A stretch of DNA of 64,000 nucleotides from Gemmatimonadaceae bacterium (lineage in GTDB: Bacteria > Gemmatimonadota > Gemmatimonadetes > Gemmatimonadales > Gemmatimonadaceae). The position numbers and the translations under genes were made by a program. The notes under the pieces are model-generated. The model was not told the DNA's origin. It ran no database searches and saw nothing but the letters and a program-made list of their open reading frames with translations. Location of the stretch: NCBI GenBank assembly GCA_031373905.1, contig JANMNM010000078.1:25387-89386 (forward strand), given 5' to 3'. Shown here piece after piece: positions 37,745-46,235 of the stretch (the stretch's first letter is position 1; every line of letters starts with the position of its first letter).

Positions 37745-39949
37745 ATGCCGTTTCTTCTCAGTCGCACGACGAACGAATTGGTTGCGCAGACCCTCGGACT
37801 CGAAATCGAGCCGCGGCGGTGGGATCCCGGCTTCATCGGTGCGCCACCGAGTATCAACGATGTGTCGTCCCTCGCGAACGCAATTGAGACAGTCGGGAAG
37901 CAGGGGGAGCTGAGCTACCTGCGTCGTTCGCTGGGGAGGAAGGAATTCGAATCCATGGTCGCAGATGGTGCCGTCCCGATCATCCTGCTGCCGGAACGCG
38001 CGGGTCCGTTGCTCGAAGCGCACGTCGTCGTGGCGGTCAGTTCCGATGGCACGCTGACGATCGAGCCCGTGACGCTCAAGGGTCGTGGAACCTCGTATCG
38101 CGCCTCGTTCGACGCCGTCTGGACGCGTCTCGCGTCGCCGGTGGTGTTTGCGCTGGTGCCGGTGCGCCTGACGCCGGTGCTCAGCGATCGTGGCGATGGC
38201 CTGAACCACGACCAGGAGGCGCGCGAACCCCTGACCCCGTTCGAGCGACTGACCCAGTTGCTGCATGCAGATCGACGTGACATCGAGCTGGTGTATCTCT
38301 ATGCGGTCCTGGTGGGACTCTTCAGTCTCACGGTGCCGTTGGCCGTGCAGGGGTTGACGCAGCTCGTTCAGGGCGGATTGTTGCTGCAGCCGGTCGTCCT
38401 GCTGATCGTGTTCGCGATCGTCGGCACGCTCATCACCGGCGCCATTCAGCTGTTGCAGGAATCGGTTGTCGAACGGATTCAGCAGCGGGTCTTCGCGCGG
38501 CTGGCATTCGAGTTTGCCTACCTGGTGCCGCGGATCCGGTTCGAGGCTGCGCAGCAGGCGAACCTGCCGCTGCAGATGAACCGTTTCTTCGAAGCGGTGC
38601 TGATCCAGAAAGCGCTGGCAAAACTGCTGCTCGATGTCCCGACAGCCACACTGCAGGTGCTGTTCGGGCTCGCGCTGCTCTCGTTCTACAACCCGAGCTT
38701 CATCGTCTTTGCCCTCCTGTTGCTGGGTGGCGTGTATGTGATCTTCCGGCTCACGTTTCCGCGCGGGCTGGAGACGAGCATCATGGAGTCGAAGTTCAAG
38801 TACACGGTGCTCGAGTGGCTGCAGGCGATGGCACGTTCGATTGCGGCGTTCAAGTTCTCGACGCGCTCCACGCTGCCCATCGAGCGGATGGACAGTCATG
38901 TGGCGAACTACCTCAAGTATCGTCGCAAGCACTTCAGGGTCCTGATCACGCAGTCGATGAGCATGATCGTGTTCAAGACGTTGCTGACGGGTGCCCTGCT
39001 GATTCTCGGCACGACGCTGGTCGTCGATCGCTCGCTGACCCTCGGGCAATTCGTCGCGGCGGAGCTGGTCATCGTCACCGTGCTGGCGGGCGTCGAGAAG
39101 CTGATCCGTTCACTGGCGACGATCTACGATGTGCTGACATCCGTCGACAAGGTCGGCCATGTGATGGACCTGCCGGTGGAGGAGATCCGCGGCCTGCAGC
39201 TGCCGACATCGGAGTCCGGGCTCGCGATCCAGGCACGCGAGCTCTCGTTCACGTATCCGGACCAGTTGGCACCAACGCTGTCCGGCATTGACCTCGATAT
39301 CCCCTCGGGCGCACGTGTCGGCATCACGGGTGTCGATGGCAGCGGCCAGACGACACTGCTCCGGGTGCTTGGCGCGCTGCACGACGGGTTCGGCGGCACG
39401 CTGACGTACGATGGTGTGACGCTGCGGAGCATGAATCGTGCGGCGTTGCGCGAGCAGATCGGGCAGGTGCTGTCCACCACCGACCTGTTCGACGGGACCA
39501 TCGAGGACAACATCAGCGTCGGCCGTCGCTTCGTGGACCGTGCGGCCGTGCTGAAGGCACTCCGTGATGTCGACGTCGATGAGTTTGTCCAGGCCATGCC
39601 GGAAGGGATCCTCACGATGATCACGAACGGCGGGACCAACCTCTCGGCGGCGGTTGCGAGCAAGCTGCTCGTGGCGCAGGGAATCGTCGGGTCGCCACGC
39701 CTGCTGCTGCTGGATGACTTCTTCCAGAATCTGGCGGACGAGTATCGAACACGACTCATCCGCCTGCTGATGGACCGGCGTGCGTCGCACACGGTGATCG
39801 CGGTCTCACACGACCCCGAGTTCCTCGCGGCTTGCGACCTGATCATCGTCATGGAGAGCGGCCGCATTCGCGAAAGTGGGTCATATGCCGAGTTGGCATC
39901 GAGGCTTGGCAACGCCTCGGTGCACGGACTGACCGCCCCGGTGCGCTGA
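37745..39949 (+). CDS. ABC exporter (C39-like domain + 6-TM domain + degenerate nucleotide-binding domain)
   Basis: Type I exporter TMD. The NBD aligns by eye to HlyB, but Walker A is GVDGSGQT, the signature is LSAAV and Walker B is LLLLDDF. The N-terminal ~150 aa are C39-like and contain no cysteine. Start at internal ATG 37745. Confidence 0.8.
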   Translation: MPFLLSRTTNELVAQTLGLEIEPRRWDPGFIGAPPSINDVSSLANAIETVGKQGELSYLRRSLGRKEFESMVADGAVPIILLPERAGPLLEAHVVVAVSSDGTLTIEPVTLKGRGTSYRASFDAVWTRLASPVVFALVPVRLTPVLSDRGDGLNHDQEAREPLTPFERLTQLLHADRRDIELVYLYAVLVGLFSLTVPLAVQGLTQLVQGGLLLQPVVLLIVFAIVGTLITGAIQLLQESVVERIQQRVFARLAFEFAYLVPRIRFEAAQQANLPLQMNRFFEAVLIQKALAKLLLDVPTATLQVLFGLALLSFYNPSFIVFALLLLGGVYVIFRLTFPRGLETSIMESKFKYTVLEWLQAMARSIAAFKFSTRSTLPIERMDSHVANYLKYRRKHFRVLITQSMSMIVFKTLLTGALLILGTTLVVDRSLTLGQFVAAELVIVTVLAGVEKLIRSLATIYDVLTSVDKVGHVMDLPVEEIRGLQLPTSESGLAIQARELSFTYPDQLAPTLSGIDLDIPSGARVGITGVDGSGQTTLLRVLGALHDGFGGTLTYDGVTLRSMNRAALREQIGQVLSTTDLFDGTIEDNISVGRRFVDRAAVLKALRDVDVDEFVQAMPEGILTMITNGGTNLSAAVASKLLVAQGIVGSPRLLLLDDFFQNLADEYRTRLIRLLMDRRASHTVIAVSHDPEFLAACDLIIVMESGRIRESGSYAELASRLGNASVHGLTAPVR

Positions 39950-39950
39950 G

Positions 39951-41273
39951 ATGACTGATCATCGACAGCAGAAACGGGACGTGCTCTCCGACAACGACTA
40001 CCTCGAGTCGGCCAAGCTGCTCGTGACCCCGCAGTCACACCGGCTCTTCTACCGGATCGTGATGGGCACGCTGGTGGGACTCGTGCTCGCCATGCTGTTG
40101 CCGTGGCAGCAGTTCGTGGAAGGGAAAGGTGAGGTCACCGCGTTCTCGCCATCCGACCGGCCGCAGGTCGTGCCGACGACCATCGGCGGACGGATCGTCG
40201 AGTGGTATGTACAGGAGGGCCAGACGGTCAAGGCCGGCGACCCGATCCTGCGCATCGCCGAGGTGAAGGACGACTACCTCGATCCACGTACGATCGATCG
40301 ATACAACGAGCAATTGTCCGGAAAGTCGAGCGCCGTCGGTGCCAAGCGCGAGAAGGCGCGGCAACTCGGATTGCAGATCGGGCTGCTCGAACAGAATCTC
40401 CGTCTTGGCGAACAGAAGGCGCGCACCAAGGTCGCCCAGTACGAAGCGGAGGTACGGGCATCGGTTCTCGACTCCGCCACATCGCTGACGCAACTGCAAC
40501 GGCAGCAGACACTCTTCGATCAGGAGCTGACAAGGCTCACGGATCTCGAGAACGCGCGCGTGCGGTACCAGAACACGATCGCGCGGTTGCAGGAGAAGCG
40601 GCAGGCGCTGCAGGCGGCGCAGATCGAGCTGAACGCCGTGGCCGTGGAGTATGGCGAGAAGATCGCGAAAGCGCGCTCCGATCAGTCGTCGACGCTGGCA
40701 GAGGTGGGTGAAGGGACTGCCGACGTGGCAAAGCTGAGACAGAACGTGCAGAACCTCGAGATCCGCAATGGCTTCTACGTGATCCGCGCGCCGCAGAACG
40801 GCACCGTGATACGAGCGGCGCGCGCCGGGATCGGGGAACAGCTCAAGGAAGGAGAGACGGTGATCACCATCATGCCGGCCGACGCGCTGCAAGCGGTCGC
40901 GCTGCTGGTGAAGCCGATGGATGTGCCGCTGTTGAGCGTCGGTCGGCGCGTTCGGCTGCAGTTTGATGGATGGCCGGCGTTGCAGTTTGCCGGCTGGCCC
41001 AGCGTGAGCGTCGGCACGTTTGGTGGCACGATCGCCGTGATCGATCGAGTGCCTGGCCCCAACGGAAACTTCCGGGTCCTCGTGACTCCGGACTCGACCG
41101 ATGAAGCATGGCCGCGCCAGCTGCGACTTGGCTCGGGCGTTCTCGGGTGGGCGATGCTCGACGAGGTTCGCGTTGGCTTCGAGATCTGGCGTCGGATCAA
41201 CGGATTCCCGCCCTCCCTTCGTGAGGCCAGCGACGAAGGGTTCGGTGGCCAGCCGAAGCCGGCGGGCAAGTGA
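39951..41273 (+). CDS. HlyD family membrane fusion / periplasmic adaptor protein
   Basis: N-terminal TM, lipoyl-like hairpin (GGRIVEWYVQEGQTVKAGDPILRI), a long coiled coil, and a beta-barrel C-terminus. It starts 1 nt after the ABC stop. Confidence 0.85.
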   Translation: MTDHRQQKRDVLSDNDYLESAKLLVTPQSHRLFYRIVMGTLVGLVLAMLLPWQQFVEGKGEVTAFSPSDRPQVVPTTIGGRIVEWYVQEGQTVKAGDPILRIAEVKDDYLDPRTIDRYNEQLSGKSSAVGAKREKARQLGLQIGLLEQNLRLGEQKARTKVAQYEAEVRASVLDSATSLTQLQRQQTLFDQELTRLTDLENARVRYQNTIARLQEKRQALQAAQIELNAVAVEYGEKIAKARSDQSSTLAEVGEGTADVAKLRQNVQNLEIRNGFYVIRAPQNGTVIRAARAGIGEQLKEGETVITIMPADALQAVALLVKPMDVPLLSVGRRVRLQFDGWPALQFAGWPSVSVGTFGGTIAVIDRVPGPNGNFRVLVTPDSTDEAWPRQLRLGSGVLGWAMLDEVRVGFEIWRRINGFPPSLREASDEGFGGQPKPAGK

Positions 41274-42766
41274 GAGTTCGCTTCGCTGCGCTGCTCGTGC
41301 TGTCTGGCATTACACCGCTCGAACTGCATGGGCAGGTCGCGCCTCGCCGCGGTCTGCCGCAGGTCAGCGACAGCGTTCGCATGCTCCCTGGCGCGCCGTT
41401 CACGTTCGATTCCTTCCTCGATGCCGTGCGCCGGAACCATCCCGTCGTTCGGCAGGCGCAACTCATCGAGGCGGGTGCCGAGGGTGACGTGACCGCGGCG
41501 TTCGGGAGCTTCGAGCCGAAGGTCGAGGCATCGTGGGCGACGAAGCGGTACGCGAGTTCGAGCATTCCCGGCGCGCAATCGCTGTACTACGACTATGCCG
41601 ATGTCGCCGTGAAGATCCCAACGCCATTCGGTCCCGATCTGAAGCTGGGGTATGAGCGTTCGACTGGCGCGTTCTCCAATCCGCAGAGCCGCACGCCGTC
41701 GGGCGGGTTGTTCTCGGCGGGATTCAGCCTTCCACTCGGGCAGCGGCTCCTGACGGATGAACGGCGCACCGCCTTGCGCACCGCGCGGGCGCTCCGGGGG
41801 GTCGCGCAAGCGGAACGCGCCGCGATGACGAACAAGCTGCTGTACTCCGCGGCCAAGGCCTACGCCGATTGGTACTCGTCGGCGCTGCAGCTCGAGGTGA
41901 TCCGCGAGGGAGTGCAGCTGGCGGATGTTCGATATACTGCGATCGCGCGTCGCGTGCGCGCTGGCGACGCGGCGGGGATCGACAGCATCGAGGCCGCTGC
42001 CGAGCTGAATCGCCGGCGGGCGCAATTGCAGGGTGCCGAGCAGGCGTACTTCGCCGCCACGATGGATCTCACCGCGTATCTCTGGGACGCGCGTGGCCTG
42101 CCGGAAGATCTGGCGCGCGACCGCGTTCCGAGTGATTCCGGGCTTGGCCGTGTGGCACTCGACTCGTCCGCCGTGCCCGCATTGTTGGCCCGGGTGCTCG
42201 CCCTGCATCCTGATGTCCGCAAGGCTGAGGGCAAGGTCGATCAGGCCACTGCAGAGCGAGCGCTGGCTCGACAAGCGATGATTCCGCTCGCCAGTGCTGA
42301 CTTGAGTGCACTCTCACCGAGCGGCTCCGGCTTCAACTTCGGCGATGCGCTCAGCCGCAGCGCGAACTTCAAGGGCGGGATCACCGTATCCTCGCCCCTC
42401 CTGTTCTTCAAGGAACGCGGCAAGTTCACCAGTACCGATGCGAAGTACCTGGGTGCCGAGCTGGATGCGCGGGTCGTGCGTCGGGACGTGTCACTGCTGG
42501 TCCGGACGGCGATCAACGATCTCTCGCTGTACGAGGCGCAGGTTGTGCTGCAGAAGGATGCAGTACGACTCTTCCGCATCCTCAGCGCTGGCGAGCGCGC
42601 GCGTTTCGAGGCCGGTGAGAGCACCTTGTTTCTCGTGAACACTCGTGAACGGCAGGTGCTGGAGGAGGAACTGAAGTATGTCGCGCTGCAGGCGAAATAC
42701 CTCGCGGCACGCGCCGCACTCGCAGTCGCGGCCGGTTCTCCGGGCCGATTGCCGGAGCTGCGCTGA
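41270..42766 (+). CDS. TolC family outer membrane efflux protein
   Basis: Signal peptide and two repeated OEP-like helical halves. 4-nt overlap with the hlyD-like gene. Confidence 0.8.
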   Translation: MRVRFAALLVLSGITPLELHGQVAPRRGLPQVSDSVRMLPGAPFTFDSFLDAVRRNHPVVRQAQLIEAGAEGDVTAAFGSFEPKVEASWATKRYASSSIPGAQSLYYDYADVAVKIPTPFGPDLKLGYERSTGAFSNPQSRTPSGGLFSAGFSLPLGQRLLTDERRTALRTARALRGVAQAERAAMTNKLLYSAAKAYADWYSSALQLEVIREGVQLADVRYTAIARRVRAGDAAGIDSIEAAAELNRRRAQLQGAEQAYFAATMDLTAYLWDARGLPEDLARDRVPSDSGLGRVALDSSAVPALLARVLALHPDVRKAEGKVDQATAERALARQAMIPLASADLSALSPSGSGFNFGDALSRSANFKGGITVSSPLLFFKERGKFTSTDAKYLGAELDARVVRRDVSLLVRTAINDLSLYEAQVVLQKDAVRLFRILSAGERARFEAGESTLFLVNTRERQVLEEELKYVALQAKYLAARAALAVAAGSPGRLPELR

Positions 42767-42825
42767 ACGCGTCGTGAAACAGTCCCGGGGGTGCGGCGTA
42801 CTTTAGTGAACGTCGCGCCCAACCC

Positions 42826-43533
42826 ATGAGGTCTCCGTCAATGCCTGACATCCCAATGCCCCGGATCGCCAACGCACTGGCTTTCGCCTGCCTGTTCAGT
42901 GCACCAGCCGACGCCCAGCGGAGTATTGCAGACTACCCCATCAGCGGCGGCATCCACGGGCTCTACGCGGAGCCCCTCGGCGACTTCCGGAGATATGTCG
43001 ATCGCGGCTGGGGAATCGGCGTCGACGGTCGCTGGTTCCCGGCGGCACAGAAGGCCCTGTCGATCCGTGGCGATATCGTCTTCCTGAATTACGGTCGATT
43101 CACGACACGCGAGTGCTTTGGCGGCGGCTGCCGCATTCAGATCGACATCAACACATCGAACAACATTCTCTCCGGCACCGTCGGGCCGGAGATCCAGGTA
43201 CCATCGGGGCCCATCCGGCCGTATGTGTACGCCGTCGGAGGGTTCACCACGTTCTGGACCCAGACGTCGGCCGAAGGCCAGAATGAGAATGACAACGTGT
43301 TCGACACGACGAATCTCCGGGACAACATCCTCAGCGCCGCCTTTGGTGGCGGTCTTCGGATTCCGGTCGCGGATCGCGTCATGCTCGACCTGAGCGCGCG
43401 GCGGCACGTGAACGGCCGGGCGCGCTACCTGACGCGAGACAGCTTTGGCGACGGCTCGGCCACCCTGCCCCTGGTCCGCGAAAGCGATGTGAACATGTGG
43501 ACGTACGGGATCGGCGTCTCGCTCGGACGATAG
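42826..43533 (+). CDS. Small outer-membrane beta-barrel protein
   Basis: Signal peptide ending ADAQ, and alternating aromatic/Gly beta-strand pattern (GWGIGVDGRWF, YVYAVGGFTTFW, WTYGIGVSL). Confidence 0.6.
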   Translation: MRSPSMPDIPMPRIANALAFACLFSAPADAQRSIADYPISGGIHGLYAEPLGDFRRYVDRGWGIGVDGRWFPAAQKALSIRGDIVFLNYGRFTTRECFGGGCRIQIDINTSNNILSGTVGPEIQVPSGPIRPYVYAVGGFTTFWTQTSAEGQNENDNVFDTTNLRDNILSAAFGGGLRIPVADRVMLDLSARRHVNGRARYLTRDSFGDGSATLPLVRESDVNMWTYGIGVSLGR

Positions 43534-43544
43534 CCGATGCCGCG

Positions 43545-44000
43545 TCAGTCGTCGTGCCGGACCGGGCGACGCTGTTGCTTCACATCACTGCGCTGAGCCT
43601 TCGATTCCAGCCGTTTCGCCTTCGAGGCATGGGTTGGCTTCGTGGCGCGGCGAACCTTGGGCACGAAGAGCGCGGCCTTCACCATCGCCACCAGTCGCGC
43701 CTCGGCTGCATCGCGGTTCTTGAGCTGACTGCGATGTTCGCTCGACGTGAGCCGCAGCCAGCCCTCGCTGTCGAGGCGCGACGCGAGGGCGGCCACGACG
43801 CGCTCGCGCTGGCTCGCCGAGAGTGCTGCGGATGTAACCGGCTGCCAGCGCAGTTCGATGCGCGTCGAGCTGGTGTTCACATGCTGCCCGCCCGGGCCAC
43901 CACTGCGGGTCGCCCGCACTTCAAGCTCGGAGCGCGGAATCCGGACATGCGCTGTCACCTTCAGGACATCGCGTACCGGGTGTTCCGCGTCAGCCTCCAC
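43545..44000 (-). CDS. arfB: Alternative ribosome-rescue factor ArfB (peptidyl-tRNA hydrolase, GGQ domain)
   Basis: SGGPGGQHVNTSSTRIELRW GGQ motif and a basic C-terminal tail (KVRRATKPTHASKAKRLESK). GTG start proposed at 44000, since the longer ORF N-terminus is Arg/Ser junk that overlaps the upstream gene. Confidence 0.8.
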   Translation of the reverse strand: MEADAEHPVRDVLKVTAHVRIPRSELEVRATRSGGPGGQHVNTSSTRIELRWQPVTSAALSASQRERVVAALASRLDSEGWLRLTSSEHRSQLKNRDAAEARLVAMVKAALFVPKVRRATKPTHASKAKRLESKAQRSDVKQQRRPVRHDD

Positions 44001-44805
44001 GTTCGGCCACCCGATCGCACTTGCGCACCGTCGTCCTGAGCCCCGGGACGTTGACCGTTGACGGAGCCGTGAAGATCGCGACGTAGCCGTCCACACCAAG
44101 GTCGTGGAAACTCTGCTGTCGATAGCCGACCGCCTCCATCTCACATCGCAGCAGTGCCGGCGGCGTGCCATGCTGATCCGTGCGACGGTTCATGTCGAGG
44201 ATCGCGATGCGTGCCCCGGGACGGAGCGACGGCACCAGATTCGTGAGCAGGCCGAACGGCTGTTCGATCTCGTGATACATGTGGATCATGGTCACGAGAT
44301 CCAGCGACGCCTTTGGCAGTCTCGGATCGTGTGGATCGCCGAGCGCAAGACGGACATTCGAGAGTTCGTCACGATCAACGCGCTCGCGCAGGTACCGCAG
44401 ATAGCGCGGCATGATGTCCTGCCCGTACACGATGCCGTCGCTGCCCACACGACGCGCCATTCGCGACGTGTAGTACCCGCTGCCGGCGCCGATGTCGGCG
44501 ACATTCATGCCGGCCTGGACGCCAAGGAGTGCCATGACGGTGTCCGCCTCGTGCGCGGCGTCGCGCGCCGCCTCGTCACTCCACTGCGGCGACACGATAC
44601 TCGAAATCGGTCGTCGCGGCGCCGGAAAGTCGGATGCGGGAACGCCCGGCTCGGCGAGCGCGCGAACCGCGCCCGTGTCGCGCGGCCACCGTGCGGCCGT
44701 CGAAATGCGCGACTGCACATCGGGAGCCGAAGCGTCGGCCGTACGCCCGCCGTTCGCGCAGGCCGCGGTGGCTGAGAGGAGAAGGCAAAGCGTTGCGTGG
44801 CGCAT
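43990..44805 (-). CDS. Class I SAM-dependent methyltransferase with lipoprotein-type signal peptide
   Basis: SAM motif I VADIGAGSGYYT. N-terminus MRHATLCLLLSATAACANG. Confidence 0.7.
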   Translation of the reverse strand: MRHATLCLLLSATAACANGGRTADASAPDVQSRISTAARWPRDTGAVRALAEPGVPASDFPAPRRPISSIVSPQWSDEAARDAAHEADTVMALLGVQAGMNVADIGAGSGYYTSRMARRVGSDGIVYGQDIMPRYLRYLRERVDRDELSNVRLALGDPHDPRLPKASLDLVTMIHMYHEIEQPFGLLTNLVPSLRPGARIAILDMNRRTDQHGTPPALLRCEMEAVGYRQQSFHDLGVDGYVAIFTAPSTVNVPGLRTTVRKCDRVAERGG

Positions 44806-44870
44806 GCTGAAATAACGTTCAACGGGCCTTGGAAGCACAGGTCGCAGAGGAATCATGTCGCGCATCCTGC

Positions 44871-46187
44871 TCATGGTCCGGCGACTGGCACGCGATTCAC
44901 GCGTATCGCGGCGACCCGCCGTCCGTCCATCGCCACCACCTCCAGCTCGGCGCCTGGCACGCTGACACGGTCGCCAACGCGTGGCAGGCGACCGAGTGCA
45001 TTGAAGACGTAGCCACCGAGCGTCGTCCAGTCGCCCTCCGGCACCAGCACCTTGTAGTCGGACCGCACGTCGATCAGTGACATCGATCCCGCCAGCTCGA
45101 GCACGCCGTCCGTTTCGAGCGCTTCCCGCGCGGCGGCATCGTATTCATCCGCGATGTCACCGACGACTTCTTCCACCAGGTCTTCCATCGTGATGATGCC
45201 GGCGGTCCCGCCGTATTCATCGAGCACCACGGCCATATGTGCTCGCGTCTTGCGCAGGTCGTCCAGCACGCGCTCCGCCGCTCGCGAGTCCGGAATGAAC
45301 AACGGCGCGCGAAGGAACTGCTGCACGGTGAAGCGTCCCTCGTGCAACCAGAGATCCTTCGCGAGGAAGACGCCAACGATGTCATCGAGTGAGTCGCCGA
45401 TGACGGGATAGCGGGAATAACGCTCCGATCGAAGAATCTTCCAGACTTCAGCCTCGGTGGCATCGAGCGGAATTGCCGCCACTTCGGTGCGTGGTCGCAT
45501 CACGTCGCGCGCCTTCTTCTCATGAAAGTCGAACACGCCCGCAAGCATCATGCTGTCGGTTTCGTTCAATGTGCCCTGCGCGCGTGCCTGCATCACGAGG
45601 AGGCGCAGCTCATCCGCGCTGTGCACACTCGAATGCCCGCCCCCCGCAGGGTTCACGCCCACGACGCGCAGCAGTGCGTTGGCAACGGTGTTCAGCAGCG
45701 TGATGAACGGGCTCATCACGCGCGAGAAGAGCATCAGCGGGCGCGCCAGGTACATGCTGACGCGCTCGGGCGCCACCAGTGCAATGGACTTCGGGGCGAG
45801 TTCGCCGAGCACGATGTGGAGAAAGGTGATGACGAGAAACGCGGTGACGACGCCGGCAGTGGTATGCGCCACTCCTGTCGCAGCGTGAATGCCGAGGGTC
45901 GAGAGCGCGCGGTCGACCAGTGTGGCAAGCGCCGGCTCGCCGATCCAGCCCAGCGCCAGTGAAGCCAGCGTGATGCCAAGCTGCGTGCCGGAGATGTAGC
46001 GGTCCAGTTCACTCAGTGCCTCCTGTACCGCCTTTGCACCGCGTTCGCCCTCGATCGCCAGCTGGTCGATCCGGCTTCGTCGGGACCCGACGAGCGCAAA
46101 CTCGGCAGCCACGAAGAACGCGTTCATGAGCACCAGCAGCAGCACCGCGAGCAGCCGGAGGCCCACCCCTGCATCAGGAAGGTTCAT
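44871..46187 (-). CDS. CNNM/HlyC/CorC family transporter-associated protein (DUF21-CBS pair-CorC_HlyC)
   Basis: DUF21 N-terminus (LLVLMNAFFVAAEFALV), a CBS pair region, and a C-terminal CorC_HlyC block (WTLGGYVFNALGRLPRVGDRV). Confidence 0.85.
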   Translation of the reverse strand: MNLPDAGVGLRLLAVLLLVLMNAFFVAAEFALVGSRRSRIDQLAIEGERGAKAVQEALSELDRYISGTQLGITLASLALGWIGEPALATLVDRALSTLGIHAATGVAHTTAGVVTAFLVITFLHIVLGELAPKSIALVAPERVSMYLARPLMLFSRVMSPFITLLNTVANALLRVVGVNPAGGGHSSVHSADELRLLVMQARAQGTLNETDSMMLAGVFDFHEKKARDVMRPRTEVAAIPLDATEAEVWKILRSERYSRYPVIGDSLDDIVGVFLAKDLWLHEGRFTVQQFLRAPLFIPDSRAAERVLDDLRKTRAHMAVVLDEYGGTAGIITMEDLVEEVVGDIADEYDAAAREALETDGVLELAGSMSLIDVRSDYKVLVPEGDWTTLGGYVFNALGRLPRVGDRVSVPGAELEVVAMDGRRVAAIRVNRVPVAGP

Positions 46188-46235
46188 GCCGCCACTCCCC
46201 GCGACGGTGAGGCCGGTGGCACATTGCACTGATTC

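Noticed and set aside
37685-42274. Long minus-strand ORFs (37685..39049, 39124..40038, 40035..40892, 40775..42274) antisense to the ABC/HlyD/TolC genes
   Set aside because: They are shadow ORFs. The plus strand has coherent transporter, adaptor and OMP architecture with coupled stops and starts.
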